Positions 48,532 to 61,490 of a stretch of DNA of 64,000 nucleotides are shown piece by piece. The translations under genes were made by a program, and so were the position numbers. The first letter of the stretch is position 1; each line of letters opens with the position of its first letter. This stretch comes from Dipteris shenzhenensis. Lineage: Eukaryota. The stretch lies in NCBI GenBank assembly GCA_047967505.1, contig CM106538.1; one strand, 5' to 3'. A model generated the notes under the pieces. It saw only the letters and a program-made list of their open reading frames with translations. It was not told the origin of the DNA and ran no database searches.

Positions 48532-49495
48532 ATTCATATTGATCACAAGTCACACATATATAGGTGAGACCTAGTTCAAGTTAGAACGAGGTATATATAG
48601 CTCTAACACCCCCACTCTTGAAAACAAACGTCTCTAGCTACAGATTAAAAAAATCCTTGGGGAGCACAAGGAGAAAACCTGAGTTTCTATATAAAAGTAT
48701 ACAAAGTTGATCATAGAGTTGAAGTGATGCATTTGTGCAATTAGTTATAAGTATGTATGTAATGCTGATCATAAATTACCACCAGTACAGATGTGCATCT
48801 ATATACAAATGTTGAAAGTTAAAGATAGGTGTGTTAATCTTGTAGGAAGAGAGAGGCTGCAAGAACTCCAAGTTCTGATCGTAGCACTGTGAAGCATGCC
48901 TCACTAAGTCCTTTACTGAGAGGTCTGCAAGCATCAGAGAAGTGGGACAATGTTCAATCATTATCATCCCTTTCTTCATCACATGTCTGACATAATGATA
49001 ATGAACAACAATGTGCTTGGATTTGTTATGCTGAACATAGTCTTTAGCCAGACTAATGGCACTTTGATTATCACATCTGAGAGGAGTATTGAATGAGGGA
49101 GGATGTCCAATATTTGTAAGCAATTGGTGTCGCCAAACCAATTCTTGAGCCTACTAGAGAGGCAGCTACATAATCAGATTCTGTGGTAGAAAGGGCAACA
49201 CAACACTGCTTCTTACTTGCCCAAGCGACCCTACAACCATTGATAAAGAAATAATTACCACTTGTAGATTGCATAGTAGTGAAGTGAGACCTTGCCCAAT
49301 CTACATCCATATATCCCAAAAGATTAAGAGACATCCTGGAAGATGATCTGCATGACATTGATAAACTAATCCAGAGTCAACAGTGCCTTTCAAATACATT
49401 AGAACACGTTTTGTTGTAGACCAATGTGGCATTGAGGGAGTAACCAAACATTGACATGGAAAATTAGTAGCAAAAAGAATATTTGGTTGAGTGTT
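48532..49495 (-). mobile_element. 3' end of a Copia: RT end/RNase H, PPT and short 3' LTR; the rest of the LTR is at 38298-38356, split by the CACTA
   Basis: HWSTTKRVLMYLKGT, GYMDVDWA..QSTSG..WASKKQCCVALSTTESDY, CDNQSAISLAK..SKHI; PPT rc aagagtggggg next to LTR edge 48608. Confidence 0.85.
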
Positions 49496-50394
49496 GTTAT
49501 GGATAAGATTGTCTAAGGAAAAAGGCATTAATATGTGTGTGTGTTTGTATATGTGGCAATAGTATAATAAAATATGGTGTGCATAGGGCCCAGGGTTGAG
49601 GTGGCAAGGCATGACCATGTGCCACCCTTCCACGTAAGAGGACCCATAAGGTGTGTTGTACATAATCCATGATAGTAATATTATAAAATGTAAGGTGGCA
49701 TGGCTCCTCCATGTGCCACCCCTCCACCTAGGTTGCATTTAGTGAGATATGGCTCAAAGTACATGGGAGAAGTAATATAAAATAGGTGGAGATGGATATT
49801 ATATTGAGTTATTCCCTCCATATGGGATAGGCCCATGTGGGGGAGGTACAGAAGGTCCAAGAGAGCAAGTTAAATAATGGGGAAAGTAGGATGAGGTGGC
49901 AAGATTCCTTGTGCCAACCCTCCACTTGTCCTCCTAGAGGTTTGAACATATTCTAAATTTGGGAAGAGACCAAGGGAGTATCATAGACTTGAGATATGGG
50001 GCTTGATTTATGTGGAAAATTGAGGCAAAGGGTTGTCGCACACAATTGAGAGTGCATAATTGCCTAGCCCACATGGGAGACTTTTCCACACACACCTTGC
50101 ATGTGGGAGGATACATTAATTGAGAGAGACCCCCTCTTTTGGCAATAAAAGGAGGGGGCTATTCCTTGATGAGACATGCTCATTCTTGTAAAGCCACCTA
50201 GCTAGTACTTTGATATTTCCCTCTCATCCTTTCTTTCAAATAAAGTATGGTCCTCTTCCCATGATGTCTCCATCTTTACATTCCTCCTTCTATCATGTAC
50301 ATGCTTCTCTCCCCCCTCTCCCTTTCCCCTTGTGTCATAGTCTCCCTCTTCATTCCCTCCCCTTCTAATTCCTTTTCCCCTCCCATGATAACGG

Positions 50395-53300
50395 TGTGAA
50401 GATAGTGGGAGAGAGGGAAGGAGTCTCACTTGCGGCTTTCTCACATGCACAATGGGGGAATACACACAAAGGTGGAGGCTGAAAATAGTTTTCCTCTTCT
50501 TAGTTGTGTAAGCCAAAAGAACTCAAGTACAAAGAAATAGAAGAACCCTATATGTGGGTCTCAAATCAAACTCAACTAACTAAGGTGGCATACTAACTGA
50601 GCCACAAACTAGAGTAGATAAGGATAGCTGTCATCCAGCTATTATTCGTGGGCAGTGTACCAATTGCATCTGCAGCTAACAAGTCGGTGACATAAATGCA
50701 CAACGGTCACCCTGGCATATCACGAGTGGAGCTCGATATCTCAACACTCCCCCTCGAGCTCAATCCCAATTCCTCCACACCAAGCAGGTCTCTGAACTTG
50801 CACAGCTTCTCTGCGCCCAATGTTTTCGTGAATATGTTAGCTACCTGATCCTCTGTGCTGACATAAACTAGATCAATAAGACCAGGTAGAACCTTCTCCC
50901 ACACATAGTGATAATGCACCTCAATGTGCTTTGTTCTAGCATGATAGACTAGGTTATTTGCCAAGTGTATGTTGCTCATGTTGTCACAATGAATGACAAC
51001 TGGACCATCTGGAGACTGATGCATATCATAGAGTAGCTTATGCAACCAAGCTACCTCACATGCAGCCATTGCTGCACCACTGTACTCAGCCTCTGTGCTC
51101 GACAAGGCAACTGTAGGCTGTTTCTTGCTGCTCCAAGTGACTGCAGCACTCCCAAAAGAGAACACATATCCACTGGTAGATCATCTATCAGAAATGCTAC
51201 CAGCCCAATCAGCATCAGTGTATCCATGCAACTGTATCTGAACCCCAGCCTCATAAAATAGTCCATACTGCAATGTGGACTTCACATACCTGAGTATGCA
51301 TCTAGCCGCATCCAAATGCGGAGAATAACCAATAAAGATGCACTTCTCAGCTTTTGGATCCAACTTGGACCTGAACTCATCTGGCACATGAACATAGGCA
51401 ATGCAACCAAAAATTTTCAAATGAGAAATGTCTGGTTTCCTACCAGTATACATCTCCTCTGGCGTCATGCCATGTATTGCTGCAGTGGGAGTCCTGTTCA
51501 TTATATAAACTGCTGTAGCAACTACTTCAGCCCAATAATAATCTGGTAGACCTTTTTCATTTAGCATGGCCCGAGATACCTCTCCAATATGCCTGTTTTT
51601 CCTTTCTGCAATTCCATTTTGCTATGGGGTATGACTGCATGAATATTGTTGCTTTATACCATGCTCTTGCAAGAACCTTGCAAACTCATTTGAGAGGTAC
51701 TCTCCCCCTCCATCTGACCTTAGGCATTTTATTTGCAGGCCTGTTTCTTTTTCAACCATAGCTTTAAAAGCTTTGAAGTGCCCAAACACTTCACTTTTCT
51801 TTTTCATAAAATACACCCAAAGTTTTCTATTGAAGTCATCAATAAATGTGACAAAATAGTGACAGCCTCCAATAGATGCAGCTTTAGTAGTCCACACATC
51901 AGAGTGGATTAATTCCAATGGCCTTTTACTCTCTTGAACATGCTTAGGAAAAGGTTTCCTTGCCTGTTTCCCAAATTGACAGGCTTCACAAACCTTGTGC
52001 ATTTCTGCAACCTTGAATTTAGGCAATCTTGCAACAATATTTTGGGCTTGCATTGATTTAAGTCGCTGTATATTAACATGACCAATGCATTTCTGCCAGA
52101 TATTAATATTTTCAACTACACCGGTCCCATGTGCAAACATTGCTGCACTCCATTCAGGCATGTCTGCATCCAACGTAAACATCCTGCCCTTCTTCTTTCC
52201 TTTTGCTATCAAGTGACCGTTATTTTTCATATCCTCAACAAAGCATCCATGAGGATTAAATATGACCTGCAAGCCCTGCTCAACCATTTGACCAATAGAA
52301 GCCAAGTTCTTGGTGATGTTCGGGACATGAAATACATCGGACAAGTATTTCTTTTTCCCATCCTACATAGACAAAGGAATTTTACCAATCTGCACAATAG
52401 GATGTGCAGTATCATCACCAGTCCCCACAAATCCTAGGTTTTCCATTTTCCTTGCATCCTGCATCCATTCTGCATGACCTGTCATGTGGTTTGATGCACC
52501 TGAGTCAACATACTACACATCATTTCGTTCTTCTACACTTGTCACAGAGTTGGTCATATGCTGTACCATAAATAGATGCTCATTTCTGTCATCACCCTGT
52601 CTACTGGAAGATGCATAATTGCCTTGCTGCAATTTTCCATTCATAATGTCATTCTGCTTTTTGTAGCAGTCCTTAGCCATATGACCCATTTTACCACAAT
52701 AGTAGCATTCAACATTGCTGTTTGCATTTTGGCCTCTCTGCCATCACCACAGCCTCTTTGGCTCCCCCTGCCTCTAGAGTTACCACGTCCTCCTGCATAG
52801 GACTAGTTTTCTTGAGTTTGCTGCATAATCTGATTTCTACCATGGGCTGCAGATCGGCCTCCCCTACCTCTGCCTCTACCTCTTCCAGCATTTGAGTAGA
52901 AGATAGTTTCTTTTGAAGTTCCTCCTGAAGAGGATGCACCCCCATTTCTCTGCTCTTCAGAAATTAGAAGAGCAAACAACTCTTCAAAATCAGGAAATTT
53001 TTCACGGACGGCAATGGATGTCCGGAACTATGCATAGTCCTTTCCTAGACCATTCAAGGTCACAGAAACTAGATCATCATCTTCCACTGGCGACCCAATG
53101 GAAGCAAGTGCATCTGCAATTTTCTTCACCTTCATGTGGTAGTCATTTATGCTCAAATTTTCTCTCTGCACATTGTGCAACTCTTGTTTGAGCTGCATTT
53201 TCCTGGCTTGCGTATTTGTGCAGTACATTTTTGCCAAAGTATCCCATGCCTCCTTTGGCATACTTGCATCCTGAATATGCACAATCATAGAGTCCGAAAT

Positions 53301-54425
53301 ACTGATAGACAGCCAGTACATAACTTTTCTAACTCTCTCATGCCATCCTTTAAATGCCTACATTTCCTGTTGATTGGGAACATTAGGAAGAACAGGTTCT
53401 TCTTCATTTCCTGTAATGAACTCCCAATAGCGTTTTCCCATAAGGAAATTTGTCATTCTAAACTTCCATGCCTGGAAGTTGTTCTTGTCAAGCTTTTCAG
53501 TGACAATCTGTGAAAGAGAATCAGATGCCATTAAGAACACTACAAAATATTCTGTCACTGCAAAAAACACAGCTTTTGCCTCACACGGGCAGATCTGCAA
53601 AACTAACGAAAGTGGTATTTCACCACACAGTCACTTCCTAGTGACGATTTTGCATCAACAGGCAACAAGCATGATTATGCAACTCCCAATATCTCTACAC
53701 ACAGGCATACGATGCAATTTCTGTGGCAACTTTTCACCGACTAGCCGAGCAGTGGTCGCACAGCCAAAACAGGGCCTTTTTCTGAGTGCCTGCGAAGAAC
53801 TTCCGCCTTCAAAATGGGCCCCGAAATGGCCTCGAATCAGAAAAATAAAGTCACCATGGGCTTTGCCCTTTCCCGTAGCATATACTGCGCTCTCGCCACA
53901 CCGTGAAGGGCGTCTCAATCTGAGACAGTGCACTCTTGCACTTTTGGCTATGCTACCTGCAGAGATTTGCTCCCAAACTCGAAATAGGAAAGCAACACTG
54001 GTCCTCTTACTAGGACACCGCGAACTTGGTTTGCTTTCTTGAGCTCCTTACCACAAACAAGGCTCTGATACCATGTGAAGATAGTGGGAGAGAGGGAAGG
54101 AGTCTCACTTGCGGCTTTCTCACATGCACAATGGGGGAATACACACAAAGGTGGAGGCTAAAAATAGTTTTCCTCTTCTTAGTTATGTAAGCAAAAAGAA
54201 CTCAAGGACAAAGAAATAGAAGAACCCTATATGTGGGTCTCAAACCAAACTCAACTAACTAAGGTGGCATACTAACTGAGCCAGAAACTAGAGTAGATAA
54301 GGATAGCTATCATCCAGCTATTATTCATGGGTGGTGTACCAACCGCATCTGTAGCTAACAAGTCGGTGACATAAATGCACAACGGTCACCTTGGCATATC
54401 GCGAGTGGAGCTCGATATCTCAACA
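50395..54425 (-). mobile_element. Copia LTR retrotransposon with RT deleted
   Basis: 352-bp LTRs 50395-50746 and 54074-54425 (about 15 mismatches by eye), TSD AACGG, PBS rc 54062-54073, PPT rc 50747-50755. Confidence 0.97.
50760..53531 (-). pseudogene. pol: gag-PR-INT-(RT deleted)-RNase H polyprotein, several stops
   Basis: MASDSLSQIVTEKLDKNNFQAWKFRM; YVDSGASNHM; LELIHSDVW..FIDD..LRSDGGGEY; fusion KCIFIGYS/PHLDAARCILRY; WSSKKQPTVALSSTEAEY. Confidence 0.95.
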
Positions 54426-54962
54426 AACGGTTCACCCTCATGATCTCCTTTTCCCTATGGCCCTCGAGCATCGCCATGCTTAGCCTCTAGCCTTTGGTCT
54501 TGATTTCTTTTCTGGCTAATAGCAATGGTGTGGCTGCTGGGATCGAAATCTCCACGGCTAGTGGCGGATCTTTTGCTCGTAATAGTCGCATCTACAAAAC
54601 TATACCATATGTGCTCCTTCTAAGCTACTGCGTGCGCATTCGATTCGTCCGTCTACTGTGTTCACTCGTGCGACAGTTTTCTGGGCTGCTGTGTCTTCTG
54701 GTCGCGGACAGTTTTCTCGCTTTGTGCATCTACTGCGTTGACCCGTGCGATAGTTTTCTAGGAGGCTGCGTATTCTAGTCGTGGATAGTTTTCTCGCTCC
54801 GCACGACGACTGTGTTCACCGCGTGATAGGTTTTTGGGCTGCTGCGTCTTCTGGTCACGGATAGTTTTCTGAGTTTTTGCAAAACTATAACAGCAGATCC
54901 CGCACCCCCCTCTCTCTTCTCTTTCTCTTTCTCTTCTCCTCCTCCTCTCCTCTCTTTTTATT

Positions 54963-55032
54963 AAAGAGTAGGATTTGAACCCAAGACTCCCCCTTCACAA
55001 AAGTGAGACTTATCATTGGGCCAACAAGTTGG
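54963..55032 (-). other. tRNA-derived fragment (SINE head or tRNA pseudogene) with Pol III A- and B-box-like motifs
   Basis: rc: ttggcccaatgataag (A-box-like) ... gggttcaaatcc (B-box); stems degenerate. Confidence 0.45.
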
Positions 55033-55868
55033 AAGTGGTGAAAATGTAATGATTTTTGTTTATATATTGAAATCTCGAGAACTGTAACTCTCTAACCGTG
55101 GGGAGTTTGCTCTTGCCATAAAAAGCAAAAGTACTTCATTTCATGTGCTCTATTCACATCTCCTGCTAGATCGCCGATTCAAAACTTCTCCAAGCTTACT
55201 TCACGGATGCACGCCACATGAGGAGGGTGGATATTTATGTCACTTCTCGATGCGTTTAACATTTGGTGCCGGGTCCTCCACACCTTATGGCTACCAATGC
55301 ACGAGATCTCTTCCTTGATCTTCATGTTGACCTTCAACGGCTGATTATCTAGTGCATTGTTCAAGGAGATAACGGGTGGAATGATACACCATGGATGATT
55401 CATGGTGAAGAACTACTAATACGCTGGGAGAACTTTGATTTTACTTCTACTCATTGTGCGGTGATCGAACTACTTGCTGCTTCAGAGGTAATTAAAACGG
55501 TGTCCTTCATCAAAGGGTGGGATGCTCCCCAAGCTTGGGGCGAGATTTGGCACATCTGCTTGTTAATTCCTATAGATAAGCTCATCCTGAATGGTTTATT
55601 CTCAATCTCACTACGAAGGTTTCTAGGCCTCGGCTATGGTTGGTAATGTTTCGACCAAGAATCCATTTGTACCTAATCAACCTTTTGTCCCTCATTTCGA
55701 GCTTCAAGTTGTAATTCTTTTTGGTCTAAAGATAAACTATCAACAAAGGATTGCAAGTTTATTTGGTGCTGAATGTTTGGCTCAAGTGTTGAATTCTCCC
55801 CACCCTCTCCTCCTACCTATCTTGGACTACCTAGAAACGTGGGATGTTCGAATTTTAGTCTTGGTGTG

Positions 55869-56250
55869 ATGACATCTTGGATCCTTCAATTTGACGGAGC
55901 TTACAAACCTTCGACCAAGGCTGCTGGTGTGGGTGTGAAGCTCACTTCACCGGGTGGTGAGGAGTATTGTTACAGCAAGTCTACACCTGCAAGTACTTGC
56001 AATCAAGCTGAGTACTCGGCACTCATTTTTGGGCTACAAAAGGCATAAGAACATCATGCCAAGCAACTTGAAGTGCAAGGAGATTCTCAACTAGTGTGTG
56101 AACAAGTTAGTGGAAGGTGGAAGGTGCGGAGCAAAGGCTTGGTTCCATGACATCAACATGCATTGGAACTTTGCAACCAATTTGAAGAGGTAAAAATTCA
56201 GCATATCCCTCGAGCTCGAAATCTAGTGGCTGATTTCTTAGCACGTGAAG
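55869..56250 (+). pseudogene. Archaeal-type RNase HI (aRH/RVT_3) as carried by Tat/Ogre Gypsy elements
   Basis: WILQFDGA...AGVGV...TCNQAEYSALIFGL..*...LEVQGDSQLV...QHIPRARNLVADFLA; two in-frame stops. Confidence 0.88.
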
Positions 56251-56764
56251 CTTGTACTTCAATCACGCATGACGCGAGTGGAAGCACCACCCCAACAAAG
56301 CCGCAAGCCACGAAGAAGAGTGATCATTTGTAAGGAATGCAAAGGTTGTGGTCATCATGAAACTAAGTGCTGGGCGTACTTGATACGAGTTCACAGACTT
56401 CAGAAGATCATCAGGAAGGTCCTCAAGGACATTGCTCAAAAGAAGGATGCCAGACTGCACACCCCTTGAAGAAATAGCATGGCGACTACAAGAACTGAAA
56501 GAAGCTGAAGGTGATGTGCAAGCTCTCCAACTGTTGACATTTGTCATGGCATTCTTGTTTGCCTTGATGAACAACCTCATGCAGCACCATGTCTCTAACC
56601 CTCGCTTGTAAAGATGGATGTGATATCATGAGGGTTGGTCCTTTTAAGATTGTCTATGTGCTATTCTATGCTGAAGATTCTTCCCATGTAGTATTTCACA
56701 ATACACCAGTCACACCCTACCCTGCCTATGTGTGCTTTGTGGATGTATCTTCACCCGATTTTCA

Positions 56765-59530
56765 ATTAGTACATGCACCATTTTTCATACGTAGTCGTGC
56801 TAGTAGGGATTGTAAAAATGTACGCATTATACCTTCCATGTGGCGCATACCAAATCAATTGGATACCAAATCTTGCATGGATGTACGTCTAGGGTAGCCT
56901 AAGAGCCGTGCAAAGTTTAATCTCCAACAGATAAGTCCACATGCGTATTTCGTTAGTACGTGCACCATTTTTCATACGTAGTCGTGGTAGTAGGGATTGT
57001 AAAAATGTACGCATTATACCTTCCATGTGGCGCATACCAAATTAGTTGGAGACCAAATCTTGCGTGGATGTACGTCTAGGGTAGCCTAACAGCCGTGTGA
57101 AGTTTCATCCCCAATAGGGTTTAGGGTTTAGTCGTGTTAGTAGGGATTGTAAAAATGTACGCATTATACCTTCCATGTGGCGTATACCAAATCAGTTGGA
57201 GACCAAATCTTACATGGATGTACATCTAGGGTAGCCTAAGAGTTGTGTGAAGTTTCATCCCCAACAGATAAGTCCACGTGCGTATTTCATTAGTACGTGT
57301 GCCATTTTTCATACGTAGTCGTGCTAGTAGGGATTCTAAAAATGTACGCATTATACCTTTCACGTGGCACATACCAAATCAATTGGACACCAAATATTGC
57401 GTGGATGTACGTCTAGGGTAGCCTAAGAGTCATGCAAAGTTTAAACTCCAACAGATAAGTCCACATGCATACTTCGTTAGTACGTGCGCCATTTTTCATA
57501 TGTAGTCGTGCTAGCAGGGATTGTAAAAATGTACGCATTATACCTTCCACGTGGCACATAACAAATTAGTTGGAGACCAAATCTTGCATGGATGTACATC
57601 TAGGGATCCTAACAGCCGTGTGAAGTTTCATCCCCAACAAGGTTTAGGGTTTAGGGTTTAGTCGTGTTAGTAGGGATTGTAAAAATGTACGCATTATACC
57701 TTCCACATGGTGCATACCAAATCAGTTGGAGACCAAATCTTACGTGGATGTACATCTAGGGTAGCCTAAGAGCCGTGTGAAGTTTCATCCCCAATAGATA
57801 AGTCCACGTGCATATTTCATTAGTACGTGCACCATTTTTCATACGTAGTCGTGCTAGTAGGGATTCTAAAAATGTACACATTATACCTTCCACGTGGTGC
57901 ATACCAAATCAGTTGGACACCAAATCTTGTGTGGATGTATGTCTAAGGTATCCTAAGAGCCGTGCAAAGTTTAATCTCCAATAGATAAGTCCACATGCAT
58001 ATTTCATTAGTACATACGCCATTTTTCATATGTAGTCGTGCTAGTAGGGATTGTAAAAATGTACGCATTATACCTTCCACGTGGAGCATACCAAATCAGT
58101 TTGAGACCAAATCTTGCATGGATGTATGTCTAGGGTGGCCTAAGAGTCGTGCGAATTTTCATCCCCAACAGATAAGTCCACATGCGTATTTCATTAGTAC
58201 ATGCACCATAGCTTTGCCACAGTCGTGCTAGTAGGGATTGTAAAAATGTACGCATTATACCTTCCACGTGGCGCATACCAAATAATTTGGAGACCAAATC
58301 TTGCATGGATGTATGTCTAGGGTGGCCTAAGAGTCATGCAAAGTTTCATCCCCAATAGAAATGTCCACATGTGTATTTCGTTAGTACATGCGCCATTTTT
58401 CATACGTAGTCGTGCTAGTAGGGATTGTAAAAATGTACGCATTATACCTTCCATGTGGTATATACCAAATCAGTTGGACACCAAATCTTGCGTGGATGTA
58501 CGTCTAGGGTAGCCTAAAAGCCATGCAAAGTTAAATCTCCAACAGATAAGTCCACATGCATATTTCATTAGTACGTGCGCCATTTTTCATACTAGTCATG
58601 CTAGTAGGGATTGTAAAAATGTACGCATTATACGTTCCATGTGGCGCATACCAAATCAGTTGGAGACCAAATCTTGCATGGATGTATGTCTAGGGTAGCC
58701 ATCTGCAATAGGGTTTAGGGTTTAGTCATGTTAGTAGGGATTGTAAAAATGTACGCATTATACCTTCCACGTGGCACCTACCAAATCAGTTGGAGACCAA
58801 ATCTTACATGGATGTATGTCTAAGGTAGCCTAAGAGCTGTGTGAAGTTTCATCCCCAACAGATAAGTCCATGTGCGTATTTCATTAGTACGTGCACCATT
58901 TTTCATACATAGTCATGCTAGTAGGGATTCTAAAAATGTACGCATTATACCTTCCACGTGGCGCATACCAAGTCAGTTGGACATCAAATCTTGCGTGGAT
59001 GTACGTCTAGGGTAGCCTAAGAGCTGTGCGAAGTTTAATCTCCAATAGATAAGTCCACATGCGTATTTCATTAGTACGTGCGCCATTTTTCATACGTAGT
59101 CGTGCTAGTAGGGATTGTAAAAATGTATGCATTATACCTTCCACGTGGCACATACCAAATCAGTTGGAGACCAAATCTTGCATAGATGTATGTCTAGGGT
59201 GGCCTAAGAGTCGTGCGAAGTTTCATCCCCAACAGATAAGTCCACACGTGTATTTCGTTAATACGTGCGCCATAGCTTTACCGCAATCGTGCTAGTAGGG
59301 ATTGTAAAAATGTATGCATTATACCTTCCATGTGGCACATACCAAATCAGTTGGAGACCAAATCTTGCATGGATGTATGTCTAGGGTGACCTAAGAGTCG
59401 TGCAAAGTTTCATCCCCAACAGAAATGTCCACATGCATATTTCATTAGTACATGCACCATTTTTCATATGTAGTCGAGCTAGTACGGATCAATAGATAAG
59501 TCCACACGCGTATTTCATTAGTACGTGCAT
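56765..59530. repeat. 187-bp tandem satellite, ~15 units; three shortened units contain TTTAGGG repeats
   Basis: Anchor gatt(g/c)taaaaatg at 56808, 56995, 57145, 57332, 57519, 57675, 57862...59300. Confidence 0.97.
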
Positions 59531-59809
59531 GAATTTTCTTAGTCACGTTTTTAAAATGTCCTAAAGCACAAAACACAATTACAACATTACTACTAATAAA
59601 CAATTTTTTGTTTTACAAACACAACAAATCCCATTGAGAAGACATTGGACATCATGTATAAAATAGAATCTAATACAATGATGTGTATGAATGTTTATAC
59701 AACCATCAGATTGAAATACAAAATATGAGTCCATGAAAATTACAATGGTACGGTCACACAGTGAGCCTATACATATCGAATACAAAAATGTGTAATCAAC
59801 TAGTAATAC

Positions 59810-61490
59810 CCAATAAAAATCAATCTGATCAACTGATGATCCCAAAAAATATGATATGTAATGTGCTACTCCTCAGGATCAGCTCTCATGCCAATAGTTG
59901 CAAGTATGCTCTCGTGATCCGCCACTGCAAGGCACCATCGTGGAGTGGATGTCGCCTTGCGAGTGCGAACACGACTCAAAGTAATCTTAATCGCAACAAC
60001 AAGATGAGAATACATGTATGCCTCCTGATCCGCCATGTACTCCTGGAACTCAATATAGCGATCACGCCTCTATATCTGTTGAAAATAGTGGCCACCTATG
60101 ATCAGGTTATGAGCATTGAAGTGCATCCAATGCCCATCCACTGTATCCTCATTCAGCACACTCTTCAGCATAGAGCATCGCAACAAGTAATAATCCACAC
60201 CCTCCTCATTGCCCTCCAAAGCAATAACCGTGAAGATATCACCAATACACAAAATATTTGTAAGCTGGTCATAATATCTAGAGGAACTGAATCCCGCATC
60301 CTGATCATCACATGTACCTCCTCCTAAGGCTGGAAGGGAGAAATAACTCACCGTACCCATGGATCGGCCCATGGTATCATGGAGCACCCTCCCCAATCAT
60401 CATCAATGCATGCAGAGCAAAAACATGCAAACCGTCGAGAAAAGATCACGGGGTGAGACTCACCTATGCTCCTGATGGAATGGAAATCAAGAGTGCCAGA
60501 CATTGAATGATAATCAAAAGGCCTAGACCAATCAAGACTCCCAATGTCCACACACCAAAAATACCGGCTCACCACCCTATCGTCACGCGACTGAAACGAG
60601 GAGATAGCACTAGTGGATAAGTGCTGGCTACACCACCGCACCACATCATGTGCATCCTTGAAGCGATCGGCACTATGATGCAACTGGTATCGATGCAAAG
60701 CACGCTTCACACAAGCACCTGCACCATTGTGCTCTCCCTTACCATGCCCTGTCTCGAAGTAGCTCCATGTGATCGGAATGCCTATCTCACGGTGCCATCT
60801 GTAGAACCAATAAAACTGTTTAGCCAATTTGAACTGACCACCACAGTCGTCTGACCAGATCCAGCACCGCTACCATGTGACACCATGATCCCTCAAGAAA
60901 CTATCATGCAAAGTGAAGCAATGTTGCACAAAATGGGCATCATGCGATCGATCATCACTAATGTAGAAGTGATACTCTCACACAATGATGCATGAGTCCA
61001 TGGTGCTATCAATGCCATCCACATGAGCCTATGCATGACGATAGCTAATGTGCACAAATATAGCAACCTGCAATATGGCATTGAAAAAAAATATGACTAT
61101 TGAAATAATTCAATATAATGAGGTGGGGAAAAAATCAATACTCAATCACACATCACCTGTTCGGAGAAATAATACTCCGATTGGATCTCACATGTGCTAT
61201 GGTGCAAAGGTGTAATTCTCCGCAAAGTCCACCACTGAGACAACCACCCCTATAGGAAATGTCCTCAAAAATGCACGGAACTGACGATCCTCCCATTTCG
61301 CAGTGTGCGAGTGGCGTATGTAGCGGTATAGCTTCCCTAGAAAACTGTCAATGAATACAACACGTGGTGTCTCCTTCCCCACAAGTTGCAACCTCCTCGA
61401 ATGTGCACCACCATCTAATGTCAAAGTACTATACTCATACTGCTACCAATGAACCATCTGCACATCACAAGTATCTAGTGCAACTCGTGC
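59810..61490 (-). pseudogene. Sola2-like DDD transposase, C-terminal half, with a probable intron ~61080-61155
   Basis: VVDFAENYTF, HFYISDDRSHD..FVQHCF, WIWSDDCGGQFK, WSYFETGHGKGEHNGAGACVKRAL, RFACFCSAC. Confidence 0.82.

Noticed and set aside
54963-55032. Functional tRNA gene
   Set aside because: Cloverleaf stems do not pair convincingly; kept only as a tRNA-derived fragment
56765-59530. CRISPR array, coding repeat or true chromosome end
   Set aside because: Head-to-tail monomers without spacers; ORFs are incidental; telomeric tracts are only 2-3 units and internal
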